Below, one piece after another: positions 17,209 to 26,360 of a stretch of 49,035 nucleotides of DNA. The DNA is from Nanobdellota archaeon. Its GTDB lineage: Archaea > Nanobdellota > Nanobdellia > Parvarchaeales > Parvarchaeaceae. The translations under genes were made by a program, and so were the position numbers. The stretch covers positions 1 through 49,035 of the forward strand of contig JAKATQ010000001.1 of NCBI GenBank assembly GCA_021818665.1, written 5' to 3'. A model generated the notes under the pieces. It saw only the letters and a program-made list of their open reading frames with translations, had not been told where the DNA came from and did not search any database. How positions within the stretch are numbered: position 1 is the stretch's first letter; the number at the start of each line of letters is the position of its first letter.

Positions 17209-18291
17209 ATGGACGAATTCGAAACACTTAATCTCATAAAATACCTGGAAGGGATAAAGGGCAGGCATACTGAGCTCGTAACGGTGTACGTTCCAGCCGG
17301 CTTTAGTCTTGACATAATAAGGAGCCATCTGCTGGGCGAAAAAAGCACTGCCTCGAATATAAAGGACAGGAACAACCGAAAAAATGTCATAGACGCCCTA
17401 GAGAAGATAGTCAACGAGCTAAGGCTCGTAAGGACGACTCCAAAGAACGGCCTCGTGGTTTTTTGCGGTAACGTATCAGACAAGGAAGGAGAACCGGACA
17501 TTCGGATATGGGACGTAGAGCCACCACAAAAATCAGATGTTAGGCTGTATAGGTGCGACCAGTATTTCATAACCGCGCCTCTGAAATCCATGTTCCAACA
17601 GGGGAATTCTTATGGCCTTTTGGTAATGGACAACCGTGAGGCTACGTTTGGCCTGCTTGAAGGGGCGAGGATAACAGTCCTAAAGCACATAAAATCCCTG
17701 GTACCAGGAAAGTTCTCAAAGGGCGGTCAATCTGCAATGAGGTTCGCCCGCGAGCGTGAGGGCCTCATAAGGGACTTTTATAAGGAAATAGCGGAAACGG
17801 CGAAGGGACTTTTCTTTTCGAAAAACCTTACTGGCCTTCTCGTTGGCGGCTCTGGCCCGGCTAAGGACAATTTTTTGGAGAGCGGCTATCTTGTGACGGC
17901 ACTTAAGAACATCGTTAAGGGCGTGAAAAGCATAAGTTATACCGATGAAAGCGGTCTAGAGGAGCTTGTATCCAGAAGCCGCGATGTGCTGGCCAACGAG
18001 CGCGTAATGATAGAGAAAGAATACGTGCAGCGTGTTCTAGGCAGTATAGCTAAAAACGACAATCTATCTGCTTATGGAGAGTCCGCCGTGAAAAGGGAAC
18101 TGGATGCCGGGAACGTTGATACACTGTTGATATCCTCCGGTCTGGATGAGATTAAGAAGAACGAATTTTATTACGCTGCGAAGGGAAAGAACATAAAGGT
18201 AGAGTTCGTATCAAAGGAATCCAGCGACGGCCTGCAACTTTTCAACCTCGGCGGCGTTGCAGCCGTACTGAAAAGGCCTTCTAAGGGCTGA
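17209..18291 (+). CDS. prf1: Peptide chain release factor aRF1 (compact, 360 aa).
   Basis: The GGQ motif is KFSKGGQSAMRFAR and the YxCxxxF motif is YRCDQYF. A NIKS-like motif is present as TASNIKD. The C-terminal ending is LGGVAAVLKRP. Confidence 0.85.
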   Translation: MDEFETLNLIKYLEGIKGRHTELVTVYVPAGFSLDIIRSHLLGEKSTASNIKDRNNRKNVIDALEKIVNELRLVRTTPKNGLVVFCGNVSDKEGEPDIRIWDVEPPQKSDVRLYRCDQYFITAPLKSMFQQGNSYGLLVMDNREATFGLLEGARITVLKHIKSLVPGKFSKGGQSAMRFAREREGLIRDFYKEIAETAKGLFFSKNLTGLLVGGSGPAKDNFLESGYLVTALKNIVKGVKSISYTDESGLEELVSRSRDVLANERVMIEKEYVQRVLGSIAKNDNLSAYGESAVKRELDAGNVDTLLISSGLDEIKKNEFYYAAKGKNIKVEFVSKESSDGLQLFNLGGVAAVLKRPSKG

Positions 18292-18351
18292 AATGCTGCG
18301 CGCAGCGGGACGCGTACCAAAAGTTAAATAGCTTGTTATCCACTTATAACT

Positions 18352-18930
18352 ATGGACTTGCTGATTAAAGACAGTGAAGTGATATCGCGCGCAGTCAAAG
18401 ACGCTCTTACTCGTACGCTCGGCGAAGACGGCTATAAGCTGGTCCACGGTGCACTTGGACTGGACGAAATCCGCACGAGCGATTCGCTACGCCAGATGAA
18501 TGAGTTCCTGCTTAAGCGTGGTTCCGGTTCAAGAGTAAAAGAGCTTTTTGAGAGACTAAGCGAGGACCTGTCGTCGAAGGTGGACGTGAAGGTCGCCCCA
18601 TCTAGCCTAAAAATGATAGAACAGAGCACAGAGAACGTTACCGTAGAAGTAATGAACATGTTCGACGTGCCACTCGTCTTCGATGTGACTCTTGAAGATC
18701 GCGACAATTTTCTCCCAGTGGTTTACGACAAGCACCAAGAGGCATACTTCAACAAGTTCACGATAGAGAAGATAATAGATTCCGGCAATGTCGAGCGCTT
18801 TAGGTTCAAAGTAGGGGCTGGCCCGGAAATAACATCAAAGAACACGACGCTTTTTGTGGTTGTGCGGTCGAGAGAAGTTGATGGTCTTAATTGGATAGGT
18901 CGGCTTAAGATAGACTTCTCCGGTGACTAA
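18352..18930 (+). CDS. Hypothetical protein.
   Basis: 192-aa ORF with an ATG start and coding-like composition. No hydrophobic segments or recognisable motifs. Confidence 0.45.
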   Translation: MDLLIKDSEVISRAVKDALTRTLGEDGYKLVHGALGLDEIRTSDSLRQMNEFLLKRGSGSRVKELFERLSEDLSSKVDVKVAPSSLKMIEQSTENVTVEVMNMFDVPLVFDVTLEDRDNFLPVVYDKHQEAYFNKFTIEKIIDSGNVERFRFKVGAGPEITSKNTTLFVVVRSREVDGLNWIGRLKIDFSGD

Positions 18931-19044
18931 TCTCCTTCGATAAGCCGGTATATAGCCTGTTTTAATTTCCTGACATCGGCGGCCGCCCGCCTTCTTATTC
19001 GTCTTTTCTTTGACAGATGCTTAAACACTAGTTTTCCCATATAG

Positions 19045-19563
19045 TTATATTCTCACCCACCCCATCTCGTAATAAGTTACTGAGCCTTCATCGTCAACAA
19101 CTCCGAAAAGTACTTTCTTCTTTACGCTGTGGGCTATTCTATTTATGGCGGCGAACTTTAAAAAGTTTATTCCTTCGTGTTCAGTGGCTGCATAAAGGAT
19201 CCACGGCGCGTGGCCTTCACCCGGGTGCGAACCCTTACCGTAAACGCGGAAATCACCACCATACTTGAAAGCCGTCTTTACGATATGTCCTGCGGCCCGA
19301 AGGTCCTTGAAGACCGAATATCTAGCCCAGAACCTCTTTTGCAGTTTTTCACAGTGCCTCAAAAATCCTTTCAACGTAACTGCCTTGCCGTTCCTGTCAT
19401 ATATTTCCAACCCGCGCTTCTCTTTTAGATACATTGCCTCCTCTAGAGATAGAATTAGTTTTCCGTCTTCAAAGGCGCCGAACCTGCCCTTGTTGAAGGT
19501 CCTAGACGCCAGAGCGTGGTCTAGCACGACGACTCTATCTTTTATTAGTAACGGTTTTTCCAT
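19045..19563 (-). CDS. endA: tRNA-splicing endonuclease (EndA, short alpha-type subunit).
   Basis: 172 aa. YSVFKDLRAAGHIVKTAFKYGGDFRVYGKG....HAPWILY...HSVKKK matches the EndA catalytic domain pattern (Y..DLR.rG..v..G.kfG.dF.vY ... H ... K). Confidence 0.8.
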   Translation of the reverse strand: MEKPLLIKDRVVVLDHALASRTFNKGRFGAFEDGKLILSLEEAMYLKEKRGLEIYDRNGKAVTLKGFLRHCEKLQKRFWARYSVFKDLRAAGHIVKTAFKYGGDFRVYGKGSHPGEGHAPWILYAATEHEGINFLKFAAINRIAHSVKKKVLFGVVDDEGSVTYYEMGWVRI

Positions 19564-19567
19564 CCGT

Positions 19568-19882
19568 TTATTTTACCGCCGATATCGCCCGTTCTACTTC
19601 TGTCTTAGGCACGGCGCCCACCAATGACATAACTGGCGTGCCGTCCTTGAAGATGAGCAGAGTCGGAAGGCTCTCGACACCGTATTCGCTCGTCGTTGCG
19701 GGGTTCGCATCAACATTCATCTTGAAGAAACCTAATTCCGGGTTTGCATTCCTGTGCACTTCTTCCATAACTTCTGACATGCTCCTGCACGGCCTGCACC
19801 ATTCCGCCCAAAAATCGACGACGGCTATCTTGTGTTTTCTTAGAAGCGACTTGAAATTTCCATCGCTGATATGCTGTATCAT
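19568..19882 (-). CDS. trxA: Thioredoxin.
   Basis: 104 aa. VVDFWAEWCRPCR contains the CxxC active site. The fold-typical LPTLLIFKDG is present. Confidence 0.85.
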   Translation of the reverse strand: MIQHISDGNFKSLLRKHKIAVVDFWAEWCRPCRSMSEVMEEVHRNANPELGFFKMNVDANPATTSEYGVESLPTLLIFKDGTPVMSLVGAVPKTEVERAISAVK

Positions 19883-19979
19883 GCAATAGCTAAATAATTT
19901 CAGTATTTAAGATTTATTGTAAAAAAGTATACAACATCCATTATTTAAACTCCCAGCTTAGAATATTAAGTGATGTCGT

Positions 19980-20714
19980 ATGCAAACACTTAACATAGGT
20001 TCAGTGTACGTATGCAAAGTCAAGAAACTTCTGCAACACGGGATAATAATAGAGACAGAGGAACCTAGGCGTGACGGATTCGTACACATATCCGAACTTA
20101 GCAAGAGATGGGTAAGGGACGTGAAAGACGTCGCTAAGGAAGGCGATAAAATAGTCTGCAAACTGATAAAGATGGACGCGCAGGGCATCGAGTTCTCTGC
20201 GAAGAGAGTTACAGACAACGAAAAAAGACAGGCTCTGAAGGAGTGGTCGATAGAGAACAGGATAAGCAGGATTATCGACAAGAACTACGTCAACGAGGCC
20301 GCTTCCGTCAAGCAGCACATTCGGGAGAAGTACGGCTCTATCTACGGCCTTTACGCCTCGGTTTACAAAAACGGCGAAACGGCACTGGAAGCGGCCGAGC
20401 TTAACAGAGATACTGCGAGAGGAATCGCAGAATTTATAGAGAAGACAAAAAAGAAGATAACTATAAAGACCGACCTTATTATAAAGGACTTTTCCGAGGA
20501 CGGTGTCGAGAAGATAAAACGCTTCCTGCTCGAAAACTATTCTGATGTGGCAGATTACAATATAGTATATGTAAAGGCCCCGCATTATATGCTGACGGTG
20601 AACGCTGGCGAACCGAAACGTACGCTAGGGGAGAACAAAAAGATATTAGAGAAGATGGAAAAGCTAGGCAAGAAAGACGGCATAGACTTCACGTATAAGG
20701 AGTTAAAAGAATGA
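19980..20714 (+). CDS. Translation initiation factor aIF2 alpha subunit.
   Basis: 244 aa. The N-terminal S1 domain contains GFVHISELSKRWVRDVKDV. Size and the neighbouring nop10 gene are typical for archaea. Confidence 0.85.
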   Translation: MQTLNIGSVYVCKVKKLLQHGIIIETEEPRRDGFVHISELSKRWVRDVKDVAKEGDKIVCKLIKMDAQGIEFSAKRVTDNEKRQALKEWSIENRISRIIDKNYVNEAASVKQHIREKYGSIYGLYASVYKNGETALEAAELNRDTARGIAEFIEKTKKKITIKTDLIIKDFSEDGVEKIKRFLLENYSDVADYNIVYVKAPHYMLTVNAGEPKRTLGENKKILEKMEKLGKKDGIDFTYKELKE

Positions 20715-20887
20715 ACAAGATAAGATTTTGCCAATTCTGTGAAAGTTACACGCTTAAGGAACTCTGCGGCAGATGTGGCGAACAAACAGTAATAAACGCG
20801 CCGCAGAAGTACTCCAGAGACGAGACTGTGGCTTATTACAGGCGGCAGATAAAAAGAACGCTCATAGACAAAATGATCAGTGCGTAA
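20711..20887 (+). CDS. nop10: H/ACA RNP protein Nop10 (58 aa; too short for the supplied ORF track).
   Basis: My translation: MNKIRFCQFCESYTLKELCGRCGEQTVINAPQKYSRDETVAYYRRQIKRTLIDKMISA*. It carries the Nop10 zinc ribbon C..C..YTL...C..CG followed by P.k(Y/F)S..D....YRR. Its ATG overlaps the aIF2-alpha TGA (ATGA). The stop is immediately followed by the next gene's ATG. Confidence 0.85.
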   Translation: MNKIRFCQFCESYTLKELCGRCGEQTVINAPQKYSRDETVAYYRRQIKRTLIDKMISA

Positions 20888-22054
20888 ATGGACGTAATAA
20901 ACGTAAAGTCTGTATACGAAGAGCTTAAAAAGAACAGGGCCAGAATGGGCACTGTCATACGCGCAGTTAGGAGAGGGGACTTGGATGGATTTACTCCGCC
21001 GTCCACACTGGTGGGAGAATACAATTATCCAAGCGTTTCTGTAGGCGTGATGTTCACACTGGATGAGAACGCCCAAATCTATGATTCGCCTAAGCACTGG
21101 GCAGAAAACGGCTACGACATAGCCAAGATACTCTCTCTCAGGAGCCTCCTCATCAATGGAAAAGAGAGCATTAACGTGAAACGACCGGATGCGAGAACTA
21201 TGGAAAATATAACGATGGCAACACTATCCGAAAGGGAAGTACAGATAAGCATGGATGTTTCTGGATTACCCCCTGCACCGTTGTACAGAAACGACACGGC
21301 CGGTGGACTAGACGTTAGAATACGAGGTTTTAGACTGAACGAGAATGTAAGGATGGGTAGAACGGTAGAGAAGGTCTACTATGACAGAGATTTAAAAGCT
21401 GCCGACGGGATACTTGTGCTGTACAACGATAAGGTTGATGAAAGCAAGATAAGCCGCATACTGAGCGTGGGGGCGATGGGATCCAAAAGAAAACTTGTAC
21501 CGACTAAATGGTCTATAACTGCTGTTGATGACATTCTTGGAAAAACTCTAGAAGAGCGGGTAAAATCCCTGCACAGAAGCGAGCAGTACTTTGTAAAGAC
21601 GGGTTCGTTCTTAGGGAACCGGTTCACGTTCATATTCTTGAAGGGGCCTTGGTCATTTGAGTTGGTAGAAGCTTGGAACCGTGACGGTGCTGCAATTTTT
21701 TGCGGAGACAGCGACTATGAATTTTACAGTGGCCGCAAGACCTACGCAAAAAACACTGCCGGCGCCTACTACGCTATAAAGCTCGCTGTGCTTGAAAAGC
21801 TCGAATCACTGGGACAGCAATGTTCTGTCATAGTGATCAGAGAGATAACTCCAGAATATTTCGCCCCGCTGGGAGTCTGGGTCGTAAGAGAAGGTGCGCG
21901 CATCGCTTTGAGTGGGGACGTAGAAAGGTTTGATGTGCTGGAGTCAGCCATAGACAAAGCTGGCCAGCATATAATTTATCTTAAAAATCTTGACACTAAA
22001 AGCCGGCTATTGCACTACGAACGTACACAACGCGGGCTTTCCTCGTTTTACTAG
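20888..22054 (+). CDS. Nre-family protein (archaeal DNA repair-associated NreA-like, DUF650/DUF651).
   Basis: 388 aa. FTPPSTLVGEYNYPSVSVGVM and YDSPKHW...ILSLRSLLINGK match the Nre N-terminal signature (sPPsvFVG..gYP.V.vGp ... P..W ... Rs.Li.g). The usual N-terminal Cys cluster is absent. Confidence 0.55.
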   Translation: MDVINVKSVYEELKKNRARMGTVIRAVRRGDLDGFTPPSTLVGEYNYPSVSVGVMFTLDENAQIYDSPKHWAENGYDIAKILSLRSLLINGKESINVKRPDARTMENITMATLSEREVQISMDVSGLPPAPLYRNDTAGGLDVRIRGFRLNENVRMGRTVEKVYYDRDLKAADGILVLYNDKVDESKISRILSVGAMGSKRKLVPTKWSITAVDDILGKTLEERVKSLHRSEQYFVKTGSFLGNRFTFIFLKGPWSFELVEAWNRDGAAIFCGDSDYEFYSGRKTYAKNTAGAYYAIKLAVLEKLESLGQQCSVIVIREITPEYFAPLGVWVVREGARIALSGDVERFDVLESAIDKAGQHIIYLKNLDTKSRLLHYERTQRGLSSFY

Positions 22055-22797
22055 GCGATCCACTTCAAGCGCATAAACACTCTGTTGATTGACATTGAAG
22101 TTATAAAGGATATAATCAGATACACCCAAAACCAATTGAGTTGGTTGCCTATCAGAGGTATACTAAATGGCAGCGTCGCTAATATCAACGGGTTAGGAGA
22201 AAACTGCATGTTAAGGCTTCCAAGACTGTACGTCTTTTGCCCTTCCGAGCCTATCAAACCGGTGATGGACGTGTTATAAAGCGTTTTGTTCTGGTAAAGG
22301 AAGACCGTACACGCCGTAGAATTCAATACCGATGGGAAGGTTTCCGGTAGCTTCTTGGAGATTATTGTGACATTATAAGAATCGTTTATCTTAAGGCAGT
22401 TGCTGGCGGAGGTGATGCTCCCATTTACCTGACCAGACAGGACGAGCGGTATCGCTGTACCAATCCCTATAGGGACGTAACTAAAGTATGCAGACATTAT
22501 GAAAAAGACGATAAGGAACGGGACGAGCGTGACGAACGTCGGTTTTGTCGTCTGCTTCATCATCTTACCGCTTTCTTTCAGCATTTCGGTCTGAAGCTCC
22601 TTGAACTTCGGGTCGTCAGCCTTTATCTGATTCGCTTGTACCTGCTTCCTGAGCTCCTTTATCTGTGCCTGGATTTCTTTGGTCCTGGTCTTGCTGTTTC
22701 TGACTATCTCATGGTCGACTATAAACAGGTACGCTATCTGACCAGCAAGACCGACGCCTAGCGCGATCAGTATGACATACAGAGCGGCGAGGGACAT
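22051..22797 (-). CDS. DUF106/EMC3-YidC-like membrane protein carrying a ~95-aa extracytoplasmic insert.
   Basis: 248 aa. The layout is TM1, a charged coiled-coil (KEIQAQIKELRKQVQANQ..KELQTEMLKESGKMMK), TM2, a 95-aa N/S/T-rich insert with two Cys, then the last TM (NWFWVYLIISFITSMSINRVF). Its position directly downstream of secY is the conserved archaeal location of DUF106. Confidence 0.6.
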   Translation of the reverse strand: MSLAALYVILIALGVGLAGQIAYLFIVDHEIVRNSKTRTKEIQAQIKELRKQVQANQIKADDPKFKELQTEMLKESGKMMKQTTKPTFVTLVPFLIVFFIMSAYFSYVPIGIGTAIPLVLSGQVNGSITSASNCLKINDSYNVTIISKKLPETFPSVLNSTACTVFLYQNKTLYNTSITGLIGSEGQKTYSLGSLNMQFSPNPLILATLPFSIPLIGNQLNWFWVYLIISFITSMSINRVFMRLKWIA

Positions 22798-22798
22798 G

Positions 22799-24196
22799 TT
22801 ACTCTACGGTCTCCCCGGTAAGCTTGTCTTTTATCGGCTTGAATTCCGGACCATTCTCTTGCATAAGCGAATAATAAAACTGGTATATTATCATCACCAC
22901 CAGCAGTATGCCTACACCAGCCGTGAGCGCATTGAAAAATGTAGCTAGCGCTGCGACTAGACCGGTTATCGCGCCGCCGATTATAGCTAATGGGACGATG
23001 TATCTTTTAAGGATGTCCGTTATTATGCGTTCATCCCTGCGAAATCCCGGCATGGAGAGACCGGATGACATCAACTGCTTGGTCACAGACCGCGGGTCCT
23101 GCCCGCCTAGATACATCCACAAATATGAGAATATCGAAGCACCTATTATCAATATTAGCGTATACACCACCATAGATTCTATCTGGAGTGAAGTTATGCC
23201 AGTCGTCGTAGCACTTACGTATAGCTGCTGTATCGTTGGTGGAGACAAGAGGGCGGCCAAGCCGCTAATGGGAAGTTCCTGCGTACCAAAGAGGGTACTT
23301 TGCTTTTGATACGTGCCAAGTATAGAATTACCCGCATTGAAAAGCGTCTGCCCGAAGAACTGTACGCCGGCTACCAAGGACACGACGAGGACTATCGGGA
23401 TTATACTGGTGTAAAACAGTGCTACTGGCCATCTTATAGAATAACCTCTCAAACGGCCGAACGACAGGGGGAGCTCAATCTTTACCCCTTGGAGCCATAT
23501 CGACACTGCGAACAAGGAGACGGTCGATATTATCGCCACTATCGGGAACAGGGCGTCTAGAGGGACTCCAGATATGAACGAAGATATGATCGAAGGTATC
23601 GCCCCTATGGGACTAACGAACGGGTTCAGAGTCGTATTTACTAGCTGGAGGGATATACCGGCGAGTATGAACAGGCTTATGCCTGACCCTATGCCCCACT
23701 TGCTCACTACTTCGTCCATAAAAACTAGCACTATCCCAGCGGCGACTAGCTGTAGCAGCATTATTATAGGAAACATTATGCCGCTCTGTGCAGGTGTCAG
23801 GGCGCCGCTGAAAACGTAAACTGCGTTCTCGACGATTACGAAGGCTATGGAGGTCATCTTCTGGATGCCCTGGAATAGTATCCTGCCCTCTTTTGTAGAA
23901 GTGTCTATGTGTATTATATCTGTGCCCTGAAGCATCTGTATGATTATGCTTGCACTTACTATCGGACCTATCCCTAAGGAAAGCAACGAGCCGAAATGCG
24001 AGGCGATAAGCACTTGGAGTATTTCAAAATTTAGACTATACGCCTTGCTAACTCCAAAAAGTGGGACGAAAGACATCACTATGAACAGCAGTAGTATCGC
24101 TGCGGTCCATCCAAGTTTTGTCTTAAGGTTTAGTTTTTCTAGTGGGACTGGTACTGATGGGAGGTTTGATAAGAAGCTCCTTATCTTCTCGTTCAT
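22799..24196 (-). CDS. secY: Preprotein translocase subunit SecY.
   Basis: 465 aa, 10-TM pattern, located at the end of the r-protein operon directly after L15. Confidence 0.9.
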   Translation of the reverse strand: MNEKIRSFLSNLPSVPVPLEKLNLKTKLGWTAAILLLFIVMSFVPLFGVSKAYSLNFEILQVLIASHFGSLLSLGIGPIVSASIIIQMLQGTDIIHIDTSTKEGRILFQGIQKMTSIAFVIVENAVYVFSGALTPAQSGIMFPIIMLLQLVAAGIVLVFMDEVVSKWGIGSGISLFILAGISLQLVNTTLNPFVSPIGAIPSIISSFISGVPLDALFPIVAIISTVSLFAVSIWLQGVKIELPLSFGRLRGYSIRWPVALFYTSIIPIVLVVSLVAGVQFFGQTLFNAGNSILGTYQKQSTLFGTQELPISGLAALLSPPTIQQLYVSATTTGITSLQIESMVVYTLILIIGASIFSYLWMYLGGQDPRSVTKQLMSSGLSMPGFRRDERIITDILKRYIVPLAIIGGAITGLVAALATFFNALTAGVGILLVVMIIYQFYYSLMQENGPEFKPIKDKLTGETVE

Positions 24197-24591
24197 ACCA
24201 CCTCTCCGCCCGCAGAGAGTATCTCATTCCTTGCGCGTTCGGACGCCGTACCGTAAACGATTATCTTTGGTTTTGCCTTCCCGAACCTGCCACACACCTT
24301 CGAATAACCGAGTTTTTTCAGGTTGATTATTATTTTATCGTCTTTGATCTCTAGCGTTCCCGCCTTTTTTAGGGAGTCTATCTTTCTTTCTATGTTATTA
24401 AGGTTGAGCGGGACTTTTTTCTCTAGCGAAAGCGAATACCTGTGCTCGTGCGCCCTTATGGACATCATATTCTGCTGGCCGCGTTTCCCTCCACCTGCCC
24501 TGCCGCGGCCGCCGCGATTGCCGGCTTTTCTCGCACGTTTACCATAGCCCCGGCCGGCTGTCGTGCTTCCTCGCAGTTTCCGTCTTTTCAT
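24193..24591 (-). CDS. rpl15: 50S ribosomal protein uL15.
   Basis: 132 aa. Basic Gly-rich N-terminus RGYGKRARKAGNRGGRGRAGGGKRG. Operon position between L30 and SecY. Confidence 0.85.
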   Translation of the reverse strand: MKRRKLRGSTTAGRGYGKRARKAGNRGGRGRAGGGKRGQQNMMSIRAHEHRYSLSLEKKVPLNLNNIERKIDSLKKAGTLEIKDDKIIINLKKLGYSKVCGRFGKAKPKIIVYGTASERARNEILSAGGEVV

Positions 24592-25037
24592 ATCATCCTT
24601 TCCAAAAGGTTGGCTATCTCCTTTCCCCTGTAACCAACGGCTCCGCCCAAGCTGAACGCCACTTTCTTGCCAGCCCTCTCAAACCCGCCGGCTGGCGGAT
24701 GTAATCTAAAAATTCTTTTTATCTTTAGGTCGACGAGTTTCTTTTTGCCTGACATGAAATCGTCGATAAACGCGGTAAGCTCTCCGCTCTTCCAGTCGTA
24801 TCTTTTTATGTTGCTGGCCATAGATCTCTTTGCAAGAAGTTTTGCGGCTGCCTCTTTGCTAAGCTCACCGTATGTTATCACACTGTCTATCTCTTTGAGC
24901 ATGCCCCTCATCTGCTGGGAACCGTCTACTATCGTACAAGAATATAATTTATATAGGCCGAGATTGCCGAGTATTACTTGGATCTTACCACGTTTTTTTA
25001 TGGACGACCTCATCTTTATAACACATAGCTTTTCCAT
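24588..25037 (-). CDS. rpl30: 50S ribosomal protein uL30.
   Basis: 149 aa. CVIKMRSSIKKRGKIQVILGNLGL. Operon position after S5. Confidence 0.8.
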   Translation of the reverse strand: MEKLCVIKMRSSIKKRGKIQVILGNLGLYKLYSCTIVDGSQQMRGMLKEIDSVITYGELSKEAAAKLLAKRSMASNIKRYDWKSGELTAFIDDFMSGKKKLVDLKIKRIFRLHPPAGGFERAGKKVAFSLGGAVGYRGKEIANLLERMI

Positions 25038-25044
25038 ACGGTTT

Positions 25045-25848
25045 TTACATCGACATCCCGAGAGATTCGCTCTCGGATTTTAATACGCTGTAAGAGCTCA
25101 GGCTCTTTAGGGCGTTGAACGTGGCATAACCAAGGTTTATTCTTGTGTGCGTCTGTCCATCTACACGGGACCATACGTCCTTTATACCAGCTAGTCTGAG
25201 AATTGTCTTTATGTCATCAGCAACGCAGAACCCTATCCCCTTCGGTGCCGGTGTCAGCGTAACTATAACGGAGCCGCACTTTCCTTTTATCTTGAATGGT
25301 ATCGAATGTGGGGTCTTACATGCGCACTCCCAGCTTCCGCAGCCCCTCTTTATCGCTATCATGTTGAGCTTTGCCTTTTTCAGCGCTTTGTCCTTCGCTA
25401 CCACAGATTCCAAGGCTCTGCCCTTTCCTATACCTATGTGACCGTTCTTGTCGCCTACAACGGCCATCGCTGAGAAATGCTGCCTTTTAGCCTTCGCCGT
25501 GACCTTCTGCGTGTTCCTTATTATCCTTCGTTTACCGCCACCGAGCTTGCCTTTCGACTGGCCGATAAAAAGGAAGTCTGTCTCTAGACCTGGGATGAGA
25601 TAATCAACTATCTGTGGCTCTAGCATCTTGAGGTTCTTACCTAGTATTTCGTCTATGTCCTTTATTTCGCCCGACGCCACTTTAAGCCCAAGATCTGTCT
25701 TGAATCTGTAATCTATCCGTTTTTCTTGGCGAGCATTTTTTACTTCTTCGGCTATTACTGCTTTTGCGCTTTCCTCGACCGGCTGTGATGCCCCCACGAT
25801 TTCCTCTTTCGCAACGGCCGTCTTAACTTCGTCAACCTTATTTTCCAT
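25045..25848 (-). CDS. rps5: 30S ribosomal protein uS5 (with an acidic N-terminal extension).
   Basis: 267 aa. AMAVVGDKNGHIGIGKGRALESVVAKDKA and GSVIVTLTPAPKGIG are typical of uS5. Operon position fits. Confidence 0.9.
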   Translation of the reverse strand: MENKVDEVKTAVAKEEIVGASQPVEESAKAVIAEEVKNARQEKRIDYRFKTDLGLKVASGEIKDIDEILGKNLKMLEPQIVDYLIPGLETDFLFIGQSKGKLGGGKRRIIRNTQKVTAKAKRQHFSAMAVVGDKNGHIGIGKGRALESVVAKDKALKKAKLNMIAIKRGCGSWECACKTPHSIPFKIKGKCGSVIVTLTPAPKGIGFCVADDIKTILRLAGIKDVWSRVDGQTHTRINLGYATFNALKSLSSYSVLKSESESLGMSM

Positions 25849-26359
25849 GCTCTCCTAACTTCTCAATAACGTTTTCCATCTCTTTTCTAATGTTCTTTAC
25901 TTTATCGCCTATCGCTGAAAATTGCGAGCCTTTGCCAGTACCAAAATAGTTAGCTATGTGTTCACCGAACATCCTGTTTTCAGACACCGGCAACTCTGTC
26001 GCGTGTAAATCCAAGCCGCCGTCCTGCGCTCCTCTCACCACGTAGTAAATGAAGCTGTCCTTTTTAAGCACGTGGCTCCCCTTGTCCAAGACCGCCTCTT
26101 TTACCGAGGACTTCTTGGCCAAAAGTACGCCGCTCAGGTAAGCAGAAGGGATGTTCTTTGGATTGAACGGCCACCCATATTTCTTCAGTTCCGTGCTGTG
26201 CACGCTTGCGAGTGTCCTGTCGCCGCTGGCCGCGTATTCGACAATCTGCGAGATTATCTGGTTGTCCGTCTTTCTTACTACGAGTCTAGGCAGAGACGAC
26301 TTCAGCAGTTTGAGTCTTGTCCTGTAGTTCGTTATACCTTCGCGCTTCATCATTCCCAT
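25838..26359 (-). CDS. rpl18: 50S ribosomal protein uL18.
   Basis: 173 aa. PRLVVRKTDNQIISQIV..ASVHSTELKKYGW. Operon position fits. Confidence 0.9.
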   Translation of the reverse strand: MGMMKREGITNYRTRLKLLKSSLPRLVVRKTDNQIISQIVEYAASGDRTLASVHSTELKKYGWPFNPKNIPSAYLSGVLLAKKSSVKEAVLDKGSHVLKKDSFIYYVVRGAQDGGLDLHATELPVSENRMFGEHIANYFGTGKGSQFSAIGDKVKNIRKEMENVIEKLGEHGK

Positions 26360-26360
26360 A

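Noticed and set aside
17209-18291. Stop-codon reassignment, suggested by the NIKD variant in aRF1.
   Set aside because: TAA, TAG and TGA each terminate well-supported genes in this window at the expected protein lengths. No conserved gene shows an in-frame stop.
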